Shown in pieces: positions 39,957-48,889 of a DNA stretch of 64,000 bases. Origin of the DNA: an uncultured Candidatus Saccharibacteria bacterium (GTDB taxonomy: Bacteria; Patescibacteriota; Minisyncoccia; Phycocordibacterales; UBA9973); assembly GCA_964456475.1 (NCBI GenBank), contig CAYVZI010000004.1, positions 7,604 to 71,603 of the forward strand, read 5' to 3'. Within the stretch, counting starts at the first letter, position 1, and each line of letters starts with the position of its first letter. The position numbers and the translations under genes are program-made. The notes beneath the pieces were generated by a model. That model was not told the DNA's origin. It ran no database searches and saw only the letters and a list, made by a program, of their open reading frames with translations.

Positions 39957-40369
39957 TCTAATATCTAATTTCTAATGTCTAAGGAATTCAATTTTGACTT
40001 GCGAGCAACGGAAACAAAAATCTTTCTGAGTTCCTCTGCCTCGTTGAATAAGTTTAATAATTCGTCTTGATTTTCTTCTATCTCGATAAGAAGCTTTAAC
40101 CAGTATTCGGTTTCTTGTGCTTCTTTCTTGCAAATTCCTATCTTGTGTTCAAAATCTTTTCTTGATTCGGCACCGTCTGCCTCGTGGTAATTAGCTCCAA
40201 TACTCGTTCCGGAACGAATACATTGAAGTATACAATTTTGGTTTATAGTCGTTCTCTTTATTCTTTTAAAACACGAAAGAAGATTTTTGCTAAACGAAAA
40301 AGTTCGTTCTTTCAAATCATATTTTTTTGGATTTTCATTAGACATTAGAAATTAGAACTTAGACATTGG
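39957..40369. mobile_element. cassette: four-helix-bundle gene bounded by about 19-bp inverted repeats (tctaatttctaatgtctaa / ttagacattagaaattaga) that overlap the ruvB stop and the cassette gene start
   Basis: Left IR 39957-39984, right IR 40336-40369; related same-family copies flank ruvB on its other side (41365-41390, 41440-41475). Confidence 0.45.
39965..40345 (-). CDS. four-helix-bundle protein (TIGR02436-like, Avd-related), inserted between ruvB and ruvC
   Basis: IRSGTSIGANYHEADGAESRKDFEHKIGICKKEAQETEYWLKLL family motifs; 126 aa. Confidence 0.75.
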   Translation of the reverse strand: MSNENPKKYDLKERTFSFSKNLLSCFKRIKRTTINQNCILQCIRSGTSIGANYHEADGAESRKDFEHKIGICKKEAQETEYWLKLLIEIEENQDELLNLFNEAEELRKIFVSVARKSKLNSLDIRN

Positions 40370-41357
40370 ATTCAGGCATGTCGAATCCCAAATGCTCATA
40401 GGCTTTCTTTGTTACCGTTCGTCCGCGTGGTGTCCGTTCGAGCAAGCCGCGCTGAATGAGGTAGGGCTCAGTCACTTCTTCGATTGTAGCTTCTTCTTCG
40501 CTCGTTGCCGCTGCGATGGTGCCGAGGCCGACTGGCCCACCACCGAATTTTTCGATGATTACTTGCAACACTTGTCTGTCGGATTCCGAAAGACCGAGTT
40601 CGTCGATTCCGAGGAGGGAAAGCGCCAGAAAGACTGTTTTCTTATCCAAATCCTTTTTGTGGACTTGTGCGTAGTCGCGACAACGTTTGAGAAAATAGTT
40701 GGCAGTACGAGGTGTGAAGCGCGAACGCTTTGAAATTTCGGTAATTGCTTCGTCGTCAATAGTTACGCCGAGTACTTTTGCTGAGCGGCGAATAATCTTC
40801 GCGATTTCTTCTTCGGTATAAAACTCAAGACGATATGTTCCACCAGAAAAACGTGATCGAAGCGGGGAAGAGAGAAGGGCGATGCGAGTGGTCGCAGCGA
40901 TCAGGGTGAATGCTGGAAGGTCGAGCTGGATTGTGCGAGCTGATGGTCCTTTGCCGATGATTATATCGAGCACACCGGACTCCATTGCGGGATATAGCAC
41001 TTCTTCGATTGTTTTGTTGAGACGATGAATTTCGTCGACAAAAAGAATATCGCCAGGTTGAAGATTGGTAAGTATTGATGCAAGGTCGCCGACTTTTTCG
41101 ATTGCAGGACCTGATGTTGCTTTGAGTGAGCGACCGGTTTCTTTCGCAATCAAATGAGCGAGCGTGGTCTTCCCAAGCCCTGGTGGTCCATAAAAAAGAA
41201 TATGTTCGGCAGGATGATTGCGCTCACTCGCTGCTTGGAGGAGAATTTTGAGATTTTGTTTGATAGATTCTTGTCCGATGTAGTCGTCAAAAGTGCTTGG
41301 ACGGAGTGTGTGGTCCAAATACGCATCGAATTCTTTTTTATTTTCTGCTGGTTCCAT
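40359..41357 (-). CDS. ruvB: Holliday junction branch migration ATPase RuvB
   Basis: AAA+ GPPGLGKTTLAH, sensor motifs, 332 aa. Confidence 0.9.
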   Translation of the reverse strand: MEPAENKKEFDAYLDHTLRPSTFDDYIGQESIKQNLKILLQAASERNHPAEHILFYGPPGLGKTTLAHLIAKETGRSLKATSGPAIEKVGDLASILTNLQPGDILFVDEIHRLNKTIEEVLYPAMESGVLDIIIGKGPSARTIQLDLPAFTLIAATTRIALLSSPLRSRFSGGTYRLEFYTEEEIAKIIRRSAKVLGVTIDDEAITEISKRSRFTPRTANYFLKRCRDYAQVHKKDLDKKTVFLALSLLGIDELGLSESDRQVLQVIIEKFGGGPVGLGTIAAATSEEEATIEEVTEPYLIQRGLLERTPRGRTVTKKAYEHLGFDMPESNV

Positions 41358-41364
41358 AATTATT

Positions 41365-41475
41365 ATGTTTCAATATCTAAGTTCTAATGTCTTTTTTTTA
41401 AAAAATACTATTTTTTTGTTTTTTGTGCCCGTATCTCGTTAGACATTAGAAATTAGGTCTTAGGATTTGGGTCAA
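41365..41475. repeat. empty or solo inverted-repeat pair of the ctaatgtctaa family enclosing only about 50 bp
   Basis: caatatctaagttctaatgtct (41365-41390) and gttagacattagaaattaggtcttagg (41440-41475) in inverted orientation. Confidence 0.4.
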
Positions 41476-41483
41476 AAATGCGC

Positions 41484-41512
41484 TTGACATTTTTGACTGG
41501 ACATGCTAGACT
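41484..41512 (+). promoter_or_regulatory. sigma70-like promoter candidate (TTGACA-17-TAGACT)
   Basis: cgcttgacatttttgactggacatgctagact, upstream of a structured non-coding segment. Confidence 0.3.
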
Positions 41513-41637
41513 AGTTGTAATTCAGTTAATACCCACTTTATGCACAGGGTATACACACAGTATACCACTTTCACGAGATGTGCATTTTTTTATTGGTTGT
41601 ACTATATAACTGAAGCTAATTGTGCGAATTAATAAAG

Positions 41638-41801
41638 GCATAAATCTCTAAGTGATCAGGTTCTCGGACCGTATAGGATCTCGTAAAGGGCGTTTTGGCC
41701 CCCAGGCTCGTTTCTGGGACCGCTGCAGCCACCCTCCGCGGCCTCCTTACTTTTGACACCCAGTTGTTGAAAGGATTGTTTAGAGATTTATGCTTTTTTT
41801 T
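41638..41801 (+). ncRNA. candidate structured small RNA (about 165 nt) closed by a 14-bp terminal stem and a T-run; GC-rich core in an AT-rich spacer
   Basis: gcataaatctctaa (41638-41651) pairs perfectly with ttagagatttatgc (41780-41793) followed by tttttttt; enclosed core about 60% GC; contains a GCAGCCA (SRP-like) motif but identity is unresolved. Confidence 0.25.
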
Positions 41802-41922
41802 GTTGGCTGTTTAGGTATATACTTTATTTGAACTGTTCTTTTTCCTACGCATTTGAATAGTTTGACTTTTCTGGCGCTCGACTTCTGTCGGGCGTTTTTT
41901 TGTTTGACACGATTGTGAAGTA

Positions 41923-42420
41923 TTGTTAATCTTCGAACAAAACAACACTCTTATGGCAACAAATCACAGAGATTCGGGAACTGATGTGCCATGCTGGCAT
42001 ATCCCTAAAGACAATACGTTTGTAGTAAATATTTCAAAAAGCGATACACGCATATTCAATAATACATCTGTATGGATTGTTATTACTTCAATAAAAAATC
42101 AAAAGTTTCGGCTGGGTTGGAAAAAAACAACACCACACGGAACTCTTGAAGGGAATATTCTTCTCTCCGAAGATCAATTGAAAGCCGCATTCGGGGTTTG
42201 TAACCAGGAAGAAATGGGACAAATGAAGAATTTGGACAGGTGCACAACAATGATGAGTGAGTATGCTGCGGATATTTGCTGCACTGGCCGTTTTTTGAGA
42301 TATACAAACTTTCTCAACATTCCAGCTCCTTCAACAAGATTTGCAAACGATCCAAATATTTCCATTTTGATTACTGACGAAATAAAGGAAGCAATACGGA
42401 GTTTGGTTGAAAGAAAATAA
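41923..42420 (+). CDS. hypothetical Cys-containing protein
   Basis: 165-aa ORF after the non-coding region; followed by a terminator. Confidence 0.4.
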   Translation: MLIFEQNNTLMATNHRDSGTDVPCWHIPKDNTFVVNISKSDTRIFNNTSVWIVITSIKNQKFRLGWKKTTPHGTLEGNILLSEDQLKAAFGVCNQEEMGQMKNLDRCTTMMSEYAADICCTGRFLRYTNFLNIPAPSTRFANDPNISILITDEIKEAIRSLVERK

Positions 42421-42427
42421 ACGTTGT

Positions 42428-42470
42428 ATTTGAATATTAAAAAACGGCTTGCCTATGCAAACCGTTTTTT
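42428..42470. terminator. bidirectional terminator (aaaaaacggcttgcctatgcaaaccgtttttttt)
   Basis: Imperfect 8-10-bp stem with flanking A/T runs between convergent genes. Confidence 0.5.
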
Positions 42471-42522
42471 TTGTTTACTTTGTATTTCCTGACACCAAAA
42501 ACCAAATAGCAGAAACAAATTC

Positions 42523-44217
42523 TTATTCTTCGTTAAGGTCTACCACGCTCTGCACTTCTTCAATACTCGTAATCCCTGAAAGGATCTTCACAACGCCGTC
42601 TTCCTGCATGTTGAATATTCCTTGCTTGTTGGCGACGCGTTTGATTTCGCGTTCGGACGGGTTTGTTGGAATGATCTTTTCAATTTCTTCATCAGTCTTG
42701 ATTGCTTCAAATATTCCCATGCGTCCTTTGAATCCGGTTTTGTTGCACTTGTCGCAACCTGGTGCAGTGTAAAGTTTGATTGGCATGTCGACAGTGAGAT
42801 TGTACCCGGCAATATTTTTGCCCGCATCTCCTGCGCCTTTCAATATTTTTCGAAGCAACGCTTCTTCCTCAGGTGTGACTGGTCGTTCAACTTTACATAC
42901 GGTGCAGAGTTTTCGCACAAGACGTTGCGCGATTGAGAGTGTGAGTGCAGACACCATAATCTTTGGATTTACATCGAGGTCGATGAGGCGGGGAATCACG
43001 CCGGCAGCATTGTTGGTGTGAAGTGTGGAGAACACGATGTGTCCAGTGAGTGCAGACTCAACTGCAATCTTGGCTGTCTCGCTATCGCGAATTTCTCCCA
43101 CCATGATTACATCTGGGTCTTGGCGCAGAGCGGCACGAAGTCCATCGAGGAACGTATAACCCGGTTCAACCTGTGTCTGTGTGATTCCTTGTAAATGGTA
43201 TTCCACTGGATCTTCAATAGTAATCATCTTAATCTCCGGAGAGTAGATTTTGCGCAAGAATGCGTACAAGGTAGTGGTCTTACCGGATCCAGTCGGACCA
43301 GTAATGAGAATAAGACCATTCGGTTTTTTGATTTCGGCGTCAATAATAGAGAAGAGGCGAGGTTCGATACCCATGTTGGCCAAATCGACCTGAATCGACT
43401 TTGGATCAAGAATACGCATGACGATGCTTTCGCCGTATTCGCCGGGTACTGTAGATGTACGCATAGAGATTTCAGTATCTTCGAGAAAAATACTGAAGCG
43501 CCCGTCTTGAGCCTTGGTTATAATCGTGAGCTTGAGTCCGGCGATGAGCTTGATACGTGATGAGAGTGTATGAAAAAATTTTGGATCAAGGAAAAGAATA
43601 TCTTGAAGTACTCCGTCGAGACGAAAACGCACGCGCATACGTTTTTCTTCTGGTTCTATGTGAACATCGGAACATTGGAGTGAGATTGCGCCAGCAAGAA
43701 TGACTTCGAGTAGACGAGAGGTGGTGTGTGTGTCGTGACTGCTGATGATTTCATCAACAATACTTTTCACGTCATCCATTGTGTTGATTTTACTCTTCAG
43801 TTCGAGCAGTGTTTCTGATGATACATCGAGACCGCCACGACGAGACTCTTCGGCAAAAGAAATTTCTTTATAGCGTGCCCAGGCATGTTCAAGTGAGGCA
43901 TGAGAAGCCATGTGAGGAATAGCTTTGTATCCTTTACGCTCAAGGTCTTCCAAAAAAATGCGAGTTTCATCAGATTCTGGATTGAGTACAGCAATATGTG
44001 CTTCTTTTCCAAAAATTTTGAATGGCGCGACGCTGATTCGACGTGCTTCTTCTTCGTCAATCAATCTGAGGGCTTGATTTTCGACTGCCGTAGCCGAAAG
44101 ATCGACATAGGGGATGTTGTAGCGAGCGCTGGCAAGCACGGAAGCGAGGGCTTCCTCCTCTTGAGCTCGATATTCTTCTACTTTTTTACCAATTTTGTCG
44201 TCGTAATCTTGTGGCAT
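42523..44217 (-). CDS. pilB: type IV pilus / type II secretion assembly ATPase (PilB/GspE family)
   Basis: N-terminal T2SSE_N-like domain, Walker A GPTGSGKTTTL, Asp/His boxes, C-terminal Zn-finger CDKCNKTG, 564 aa. Confidence 0.85.
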   Translation of the reverse strand: MPQDYDDKIGKKVEEYRAQEEEALASVLASARYNIPYVDLSATAVENQALRLIDEEEARRISVAPFKIFGKEAHIAVLNPESDETRIFLEDLERKGYKAIPHMASHASLEHAWARYKEISFAEESRRGGLDVSSETLLELKSKINTMDDVKSIVDEIISSHDTHTTSRLLEVILAGAISLQCSDVHIEPEEKRMRVRFRLDGVLQDILFLDPKFFHTLSSRIKLIAGLKLTIITKAQDGRFSIFLEDTEISMRTSTVPGEYGESIVMRILDPKSIQVDLANMGIEPRLFSIIDAEIKKPNGLILITGPTGSGKTTTLYAFLRKIYSPEIKMITIEDPVEYHLQGITQTQVEPGYTFLDGLRAALRQDPDVIMVGEIRDSETAKIAVESALTGHIVFSTLHTNNAAGVIPRLIDLDVNPKIMVSALTLSIAQRLVRKLCTVCKVERPVTPEEEALLRKILKGAGDAGKNIAGYNLTVDMPIKLYTAPGCDKCNKTGFKGRMGIFEAIKTDEEIEKIIPTNPSEREIKRVANKQGIFNMQEDGVVKILSGITSIEEVQSVVDLNEE

Positions 44218-44306
44218 AGGATTGTGTGATTTTAGGCCTAAAAATAAGGGTGAAAACGTGTGTCTCTAGTATACCGCACAAAAGGAAAGTAGGCGATAGG
44301 GGGCTA

Positions 44307-44335
44307 TTGACTTTTGGTATGAAATGATATATAAT
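44307..44335 (+). promoter_or_regulatory. strong sigma70 promoter (TTGACT-N17-TATAAT with TGn extension)
   Basis: gggggctattgacttttggtatgaaatgatatataatatata; near-identical to the promoter at 58533-58562. Confidence 0.45.
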
Positions 44336-44385
44336 ATATACAAATTTCAAAAACTTTTCATTTCATTTATAAAAAAACAAAAACT

Positions 44386-45513
44386 ATGAAAATTGTGTTT
44401 ATTGCCATCGTGATGATGGTTTCGTTGAATTCTTTTGCCCCAACAGCGGGTTATAACCCTTACTTCGGACACGAATACCACCACAAGATTGGTGATGTTT
44501 GGACAGATCTTGATACCGGCTGTTCCAAGGAGTTATTTAAGGACCACCATGCAAATGGCTGGAACTTTACACTCATCAAGGTGGCAAAACACTTTGGTGG
44601 CGGTCCGACATCAGATGGTGAAGGGGTTCAGTTCGTTTCAGGCGGAAAGTCTAAATACTTTAATTATATTAATGGAGATGATTACGAGAACATTATAAAT
44701 TCTTCAGTAATAATCCCTGTCAATTTAAAAAGTATAAGAACTTCAGCTAGGGTAAGCTGGGATCCAGGTTACGTATATTACAATCGGCCGCTACGTTCAG
44801 CAGAAGGGATACAAGAAATGTTTTTTGCGAAAAGCATGGGGGATTATTATAACGACCCAGAATTTGCAAATATTATTTTCTTGCATTGCGGAGATATTTG
44901 CGGAAATCCTAACAACGAGTTCATTTTTAAGGAACAGGTGTCTGCTCAAATTCAAGAAGAAGGCAGGCCAAAAAAAGAACTTGTAAAAACGATTACTACT
45001 GCCGATGGGACTACTATTAACGTCTATGTTGATAATAGTAATAACGGTGGAAATGTTAGTAATTCTGGCAATTCTAGCCAAAACCAGAACCAAAAACAGG
45101 CTTCGAGTGGTGGCGGAGGAGGTGTTATGCCTCCATTAGGTGGCGGTGGTTGTGGTGGTACTGTCGGAACGTACGGTTACGGAGCCCCATGGCTCAGCGC
45201 TGGAATTAGTGCTAGTTATTATGACAATGGTTGTTACAACACACCTATTCCGCAAAGAGGAGGTGGGTGCAACAATGATTGGCAAGTCGGACGTCGCGGT
45301 TATAGTAGCGGTTGGGGAAGTAGTCCTAGACCACGTAGTGATCGTGGATCTGTAAATCCAGGTATAAGTCGTCGGCCGATTATTAATGGCGGAGGATTGA
45401 CTCCTAGAGGTCACAACAACGGTCAAGGTGGTCAACTCGCTCCTCGTAATTTTAATCCTGGAAATCAGGGTGGAGGAATGAACGGTCGCGGTTTCAATCG
45501 CGGCGGTCAATAA
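44386..45513 (+). CDS. secreted protein with Gly-rich and RGG/NGG-rich C-terminal tail, hypothetical
   Basis: Signal MKIVFIAIVMMVSLNSFAPTAG; C-terminal GGGGGVMPPLGGGGCGG ... NGRGFNRGGQ low complexity. Confidence 0.5.
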   Translation: MKIVFIAIVMMVSLNSFAPTAGYNPYFGHEYHHKIGDVWTDLDTGCSKELFKDHHANGWNFTLIKVAKHFGGGPTSDGEGVQFVSGGKSKYFNYINGDDYENIINSSVIIPVNLKSIRTSARVSWDPGYVYYNRPLRSAEGIQEMFFAKSMGDYYNDPEFANIIFLHCGDICGNPNNEFIFKEQVSAQIQEEGRPKKELVKTITTADGTTINVYVDNSNNGGNVSNSGNSSQNQNQKQASSGGGGGVMPPLGGGGCGGTVGTYGYGAPWLSAGISASYYDNGCYNTPIPQRGGGCNNDWQVGRRGYSSGWGSSPRPRSDRGSVNPGISRRPIINGGGLTPRGHNNGQGGQLAPRNFNPGNQGGGMNGRGFNRGGQ

Positions 45514-45544
45514 TTTTCATCATTTTGTTTTTAAGTATCAAACC

Positions 45545-45582
45545 TAGAAGATTTTTGTAAACAAAAATCTTCTAGGCATTAT
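45545..45582. terminator. terminator hairpin (ctagaagattttt-gtaaac-aaaaatcttctag)
   Basis: Perfect 13-bp inverted repeat 32 bp after the stop. Confidence 0.5.
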
Positions 45583-45622
45583 TTAAGTCTTGAATATACA
45601 GAGAATATTAAAGATTTAATCG

Positions 45623-48316
45623 ATGTCGTTTATTAGTATGAAAAATAATTATATGAAAAATATATATACATATCTCGCAGGTATCCTTATGGTTGCCGGC
45701 TTCGTTGCGTTTGCACCGAGTGCACACGCAGCATTCAATGACGGTTCTCTTGGGTACGATTGTCAGACAATTGGTGTTTCAGTCGAATCAACTTCGACTT
45801 CTGATGGCTGTGACCCAACGTACGTAAGTACAACACCAGGGTCAGTTATCAACGTGTCGTTTTATATTCACAATACAAATGTGAATGCAGCCAACAATGT
45901 TGTCTTGCGCTTGTCGCCTCAGACAACAGGAACTGTGTCTTCACAGACATATTCTGGAAGTATCACATCAAGTAATGCAGGAAGCGTCTCAGGGTCTGGA
46001 GCTATTTCTATCAGCTCTCCTGCGTCACTCACATTTTTGACTCTTGAGAAGACAGATCATAATGGAGTAGTGACACAGATTCCAAACGCGTCAGCGCTCT
46101 TTAGTGGTGGACTCAATATTGGAACTGTCGAAGGATATGGAACATGTGGAGTTTCTGGTGGGGTGCGCGATGCATTCTGTCATCAGCAATGGTATGTCGC
46201 TGCTTTCAAGGTTTCAAACCCTGTAGTAGTAACTCCTAATCCATGTGTCATTTCTGGTCTTACGACATCTACTCCGACCGTAGCGTCTGGATCATATGGA
46301 ACACTTAATTGGTCAAGCTCAAACTGTTCTTCAGTTTCTGTAACTGGACCAAACGGAGTTGTGAGTTCTGCCCTAAACGGTCCTGTGACTGTCGGTCCAC
46401 TTACATACTCGATCAACAACTACAACATCATCGGTTATAACTCTGCAGGTACTGCTACAACAGGAAATCCTGTATCAATCTCTGTAAATTCAGTTACTCC
46501 TAGCCTTTGTACAATCAGTAATTTTTCTCCATCACAATATCAAGTGCAGTCTGGTGGAACAGTTTCACTTTCTTGGACAACAAATAATTGTACAAGCGTA
46601 ACTGTGTCAGGATCAAATGTGTCATACACAACTTCAAATCTAAGCACCGTACAATCTGGCACGACTTATACAGGTGCTATCTATGGCCCAACAACATATA
46701 CAATTTCAGCAACGAATGGTACAAGTACTGATACTCGAACAACGAGTGTAACAGCTACAGCCACTCAAAATTATTGTACTGCAAGCATTAGTGCGTATCA
46801 GACATCTGTTCCAGTTGGGTCAACAACTACGCTTTCTTGGACAAGTTCAAACTGTAATTACATTACAATTTCAGGACCAAACGGAAATCTTTTTTCAGGA
46901 GCGCAGTCTTCAGGAACAGTTCAGTCTTCAGCTATCAACAGTAATCCAACAATCTTCAACCTTGTTGCAACAGGAACAAACACAGTAAATCAATCTATCT
47001 CAATCTATACGACAGGGGGAAGTACTGGAACTGTACCAAACGTTACAACTCAGGCTGCGACAGGAGTTGCAGGTTCTACTGCAACGCTCAATGGATACAT
47101 GAACGCAAATACTGGATGTTCATATCCGTACTACAACTGTAATAATTCATATACAAATTATTACTTCCAATACGGTACAAGTCAGTACGCCATGAATCAG
47201 CAGACTCCAACTCAGTCATTTGGACAAACTTCAGGTGCCGTATCTGCATACGTGGCAAACCTTTTGCCAAACACAACATATTATTTTCAGCTTATTGGAA
47301 GTAACAGTTATGGACTTGGATACGGAGGTGTTCAGTCATTCTACAGTACAGGCACAACTACTACTGCGATCAGCGCAATCACTTCGGTTGCAACAAACGT
47401 GAACGCAAACTCAGCACGTCTCAATGGTGTGGTCACTGCCAATGGTTCTGTAAATCCGGTAACTGCTCATTTTGAGTATGGAACATCAACCAATCTTGGA
47501 TTCCGTACTTCAACCCAAACCGTATCTACAAATGTGATAACAAACTACTTTGACACAATCACAACGTCTCCAAACACTACGTACTATTATCGTATCGTTG
47601 GTACATCAAACGGACAGGTATACAACGGATCTATCGTTTCGTTTACGACTCCTGCGGCAAACAATGGAGGACCAGTTGTAATTACCCGTGTGACAGGTAC
47701 TGGAGGTGGTTCGACATACGTATCACTCTCTATTGATGACTCGGTTCAGACTGTAGCGCCAGGCGATTTGCTTATTTACACAATCAAATACCAAAATATT
47801 TCGACTGTAAATTTGAGTAATGCGATTTTGAACGTAATCCTTCCTGAGGGCGTAACATTCCGACAGGCATCACAAGGTGTGCTTACAACAAGCAACACAG
47901 TAACTGCAACACTCGGAACACTTACTCCATCACAAGAAGGTGTAATTACTATCCAAGCGATCGCAGATACACGAATCATTGCCGGCAACAATCTTGTAGC
48001 GACAGCGACACTTGCATTTACTATTCCAAATAAGGCACAAGATACAGCAATTGCATACGATCTTGATAGTATTATGAATCGTAACAACCTTGCAGGTCTC
48101 GCGCTCTTCGGAGATGGATTCTGGCCAAACTCACTTCTTGGATGGATCATTTTGCTCCTCCTTATCCTTATCCTTGTTCTTATCGCACGATATTTCTACC
48201 ACCGTGGAAATGCACAGCGAGGAAATGGTACATCAGCGACTCATGTTCACTACGGTGCTGAAACAAACAATCAGCACGGACATGGTGGTTACCCAGGTAA
48301 CAACTTGCCTCACTAA
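45623..48316 (+). CDS. large cell-surface protein: signal peptide, repeated Ig/Fn3-like Ser/Thr-rich domains, DUF11-like domain, C-terminal TM anchor
   Basis: Signal ...AGFVAFAPSAHA; about 95-aa repeats carrying SS(S/N)NC..V(S/T)V(T/S)GPNG; Fn3-like TTYYFQL / TTYYYRIVG; C-terminal LLGWIILLLLILILVLIARYF. Confidence 0.6.
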   Translation: MSFISMKNNYMKNIYTYLAGILMVAGFVAFAPSAHAAFNDGSLGYDCQTIGVSVESTSTSDGCDPTYVSTTPGSVINVSFYIHNTNVNAANNVVLRLSPQTTGTVSSQTYSGSITSSNAGSVSGSGAISISSPASLTFLTLEKTDHNGVVTQIPNASALFSGGLNIGTVEGYGTCGVSGGVRDAFCHQQWYVAAFKVSNPVVVTPNPCVISGLTTSTPTVASGSYGTLNWSSSNCSSVSVTGPNGVVSSALNGPVTVGPLTYSINNYNIIGYNSAGTATTGNPVSISVNSVTPSLCTISNFSPSQYQVQSGGTVSLSWTTNNCTSVTVSGSNVSYTTSNLSTVQSGTTYTGAIYGPTTYTISATNGTSTDTRTTSVTATATQNYCTASISAYQTSVPVGSTTTLSWTSSNCNYITISGPNGNLFSGAQSSGTVQSSAINSNPTIFNLVATGTNTVNQSISIYTTGGSTGTVPNVTTQAATGVAGSTATLNGYMNANTGCSYPYYNCNNSYTNYYFQYGTSQYAMNQQTPTQSFGQTSGAVSAYVANLLPNTTYYFQLIGSNSYGLGYGGVQSFYSTGTTTTAISAITSVATNVNANSARLNGVVTANGSVNPVTAHFEYGTSTNLGFRTSTQTVSTNVITNYFDTITTSPNTTYYYRIVGTSNGQVYNGSIVSFTTPAANNGGPVVITRVTGTGGGSTYVSLSIDDSVQTVAPGDLLIYTIKYQNISTVNLSNAILNVILPEGVTFRQASQGVLTTSNTVTATLGTLTPSQEGVITIQAIADTRIIAGNNLVATATLAFTIPNKAQDTAIAYDLDSIMNRNNLAGLALFGDGFWPNSLLGWIILLLLILILVLIARYFYHRGNAQRGNGTSATHVHYGAETNNQHGHGGYPGNNLPH

Positions 48317-48351
48317 CTAGAAAGTAGAAAATAGTTAGTAGAAAGTAGAAC
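48317..48351. repeat. stop-codon-rich low-complexity element (ctagaaagtagaaaatagttagtagaaagtagaac); inverted partner at 61614-61649
   Basis: Shares the 16-mer tactaactattttcta (as reverse complement) with 61614-61649. Confidence 0.6.
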
Positions 48352-48387
48352 ACACGCCCCGCTTTCCTTCGGAAAGCGGGGCGTGTT
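48352..48387. terminator. strong 16-bp GC-rich hairpin (acacgccccgctttcc-ttcg-ggaaagcggggcgtgt)
   Basis: Perfect stem directly after the surface-protein gene and overlapping the tsaE upstream region; no clear T-run. Confidence 0.45.
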
Positions 48388-48403
48388 AGTATCTAAAAAC
48401 AGT

Positions 48404-48841
48404 ATGAAAAAATATTTTACCCAAAATGAAATACCGGAAATCGCAAAAGAAATTCTCTCTTCGTTAAAGAGTGAGGAGAAGGCAACTGTTCTTGCGCTCT
48501 CTGGCGATCTTGGAGCAGGGAAGACCACACTTACACAAGCGATTGCTCGTGAAGTTGGCGTGGAAGAAAATGTCATCTCTCCCACATTTGTCATTATGAA
48601 AAGCTATAATCTGCCTAATAAGCTTGAAGGTTTGAAAGCTAAAAAGCTTATACACATCGATGCTTATCGCCTCAATTCGAGTGCTGAACTCGAACGACTT
48701 GGCTGGGCAGAGCTTGTTGTGAACCCAGAAAATTTTATTCTCATCGAATGGCCAGAACGAGTACCAGAAAGTATTCCATCCCACGCGAAGCGCATTACTC
48801 TTTCTCACAAAGACGACGAAACCCGAGAGATTGAATTTTGA
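48404..48841 (+). CDS. tsaE: tRNA threonylcarbamoyladenosine biosynthesis protein TsaE (YjeE)
   Basis: P-loop SGDLGAGKTTLTQAIAR, about 145 aa, typical YjeE size; start trimmed to MKKYFTQ. Confidence 0.75.
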   Translation: MKKYFTQNEIPEIAKEILSSLKSEEKATVLALSGDLGAGKTTLTQAIAREVGVEENVISPTFVIMKSYNLPNKLEGLKAKKLIHIDAYRLNSSAELERLGWAELVVNPENFILIEWPERVPESIPSHAKRITLSHKDDETREIEF

Positions 48842-48889
48842 CATTAGGTATCAAATGTTGTAATTTAATTACAATTAAAACTTTAACAG

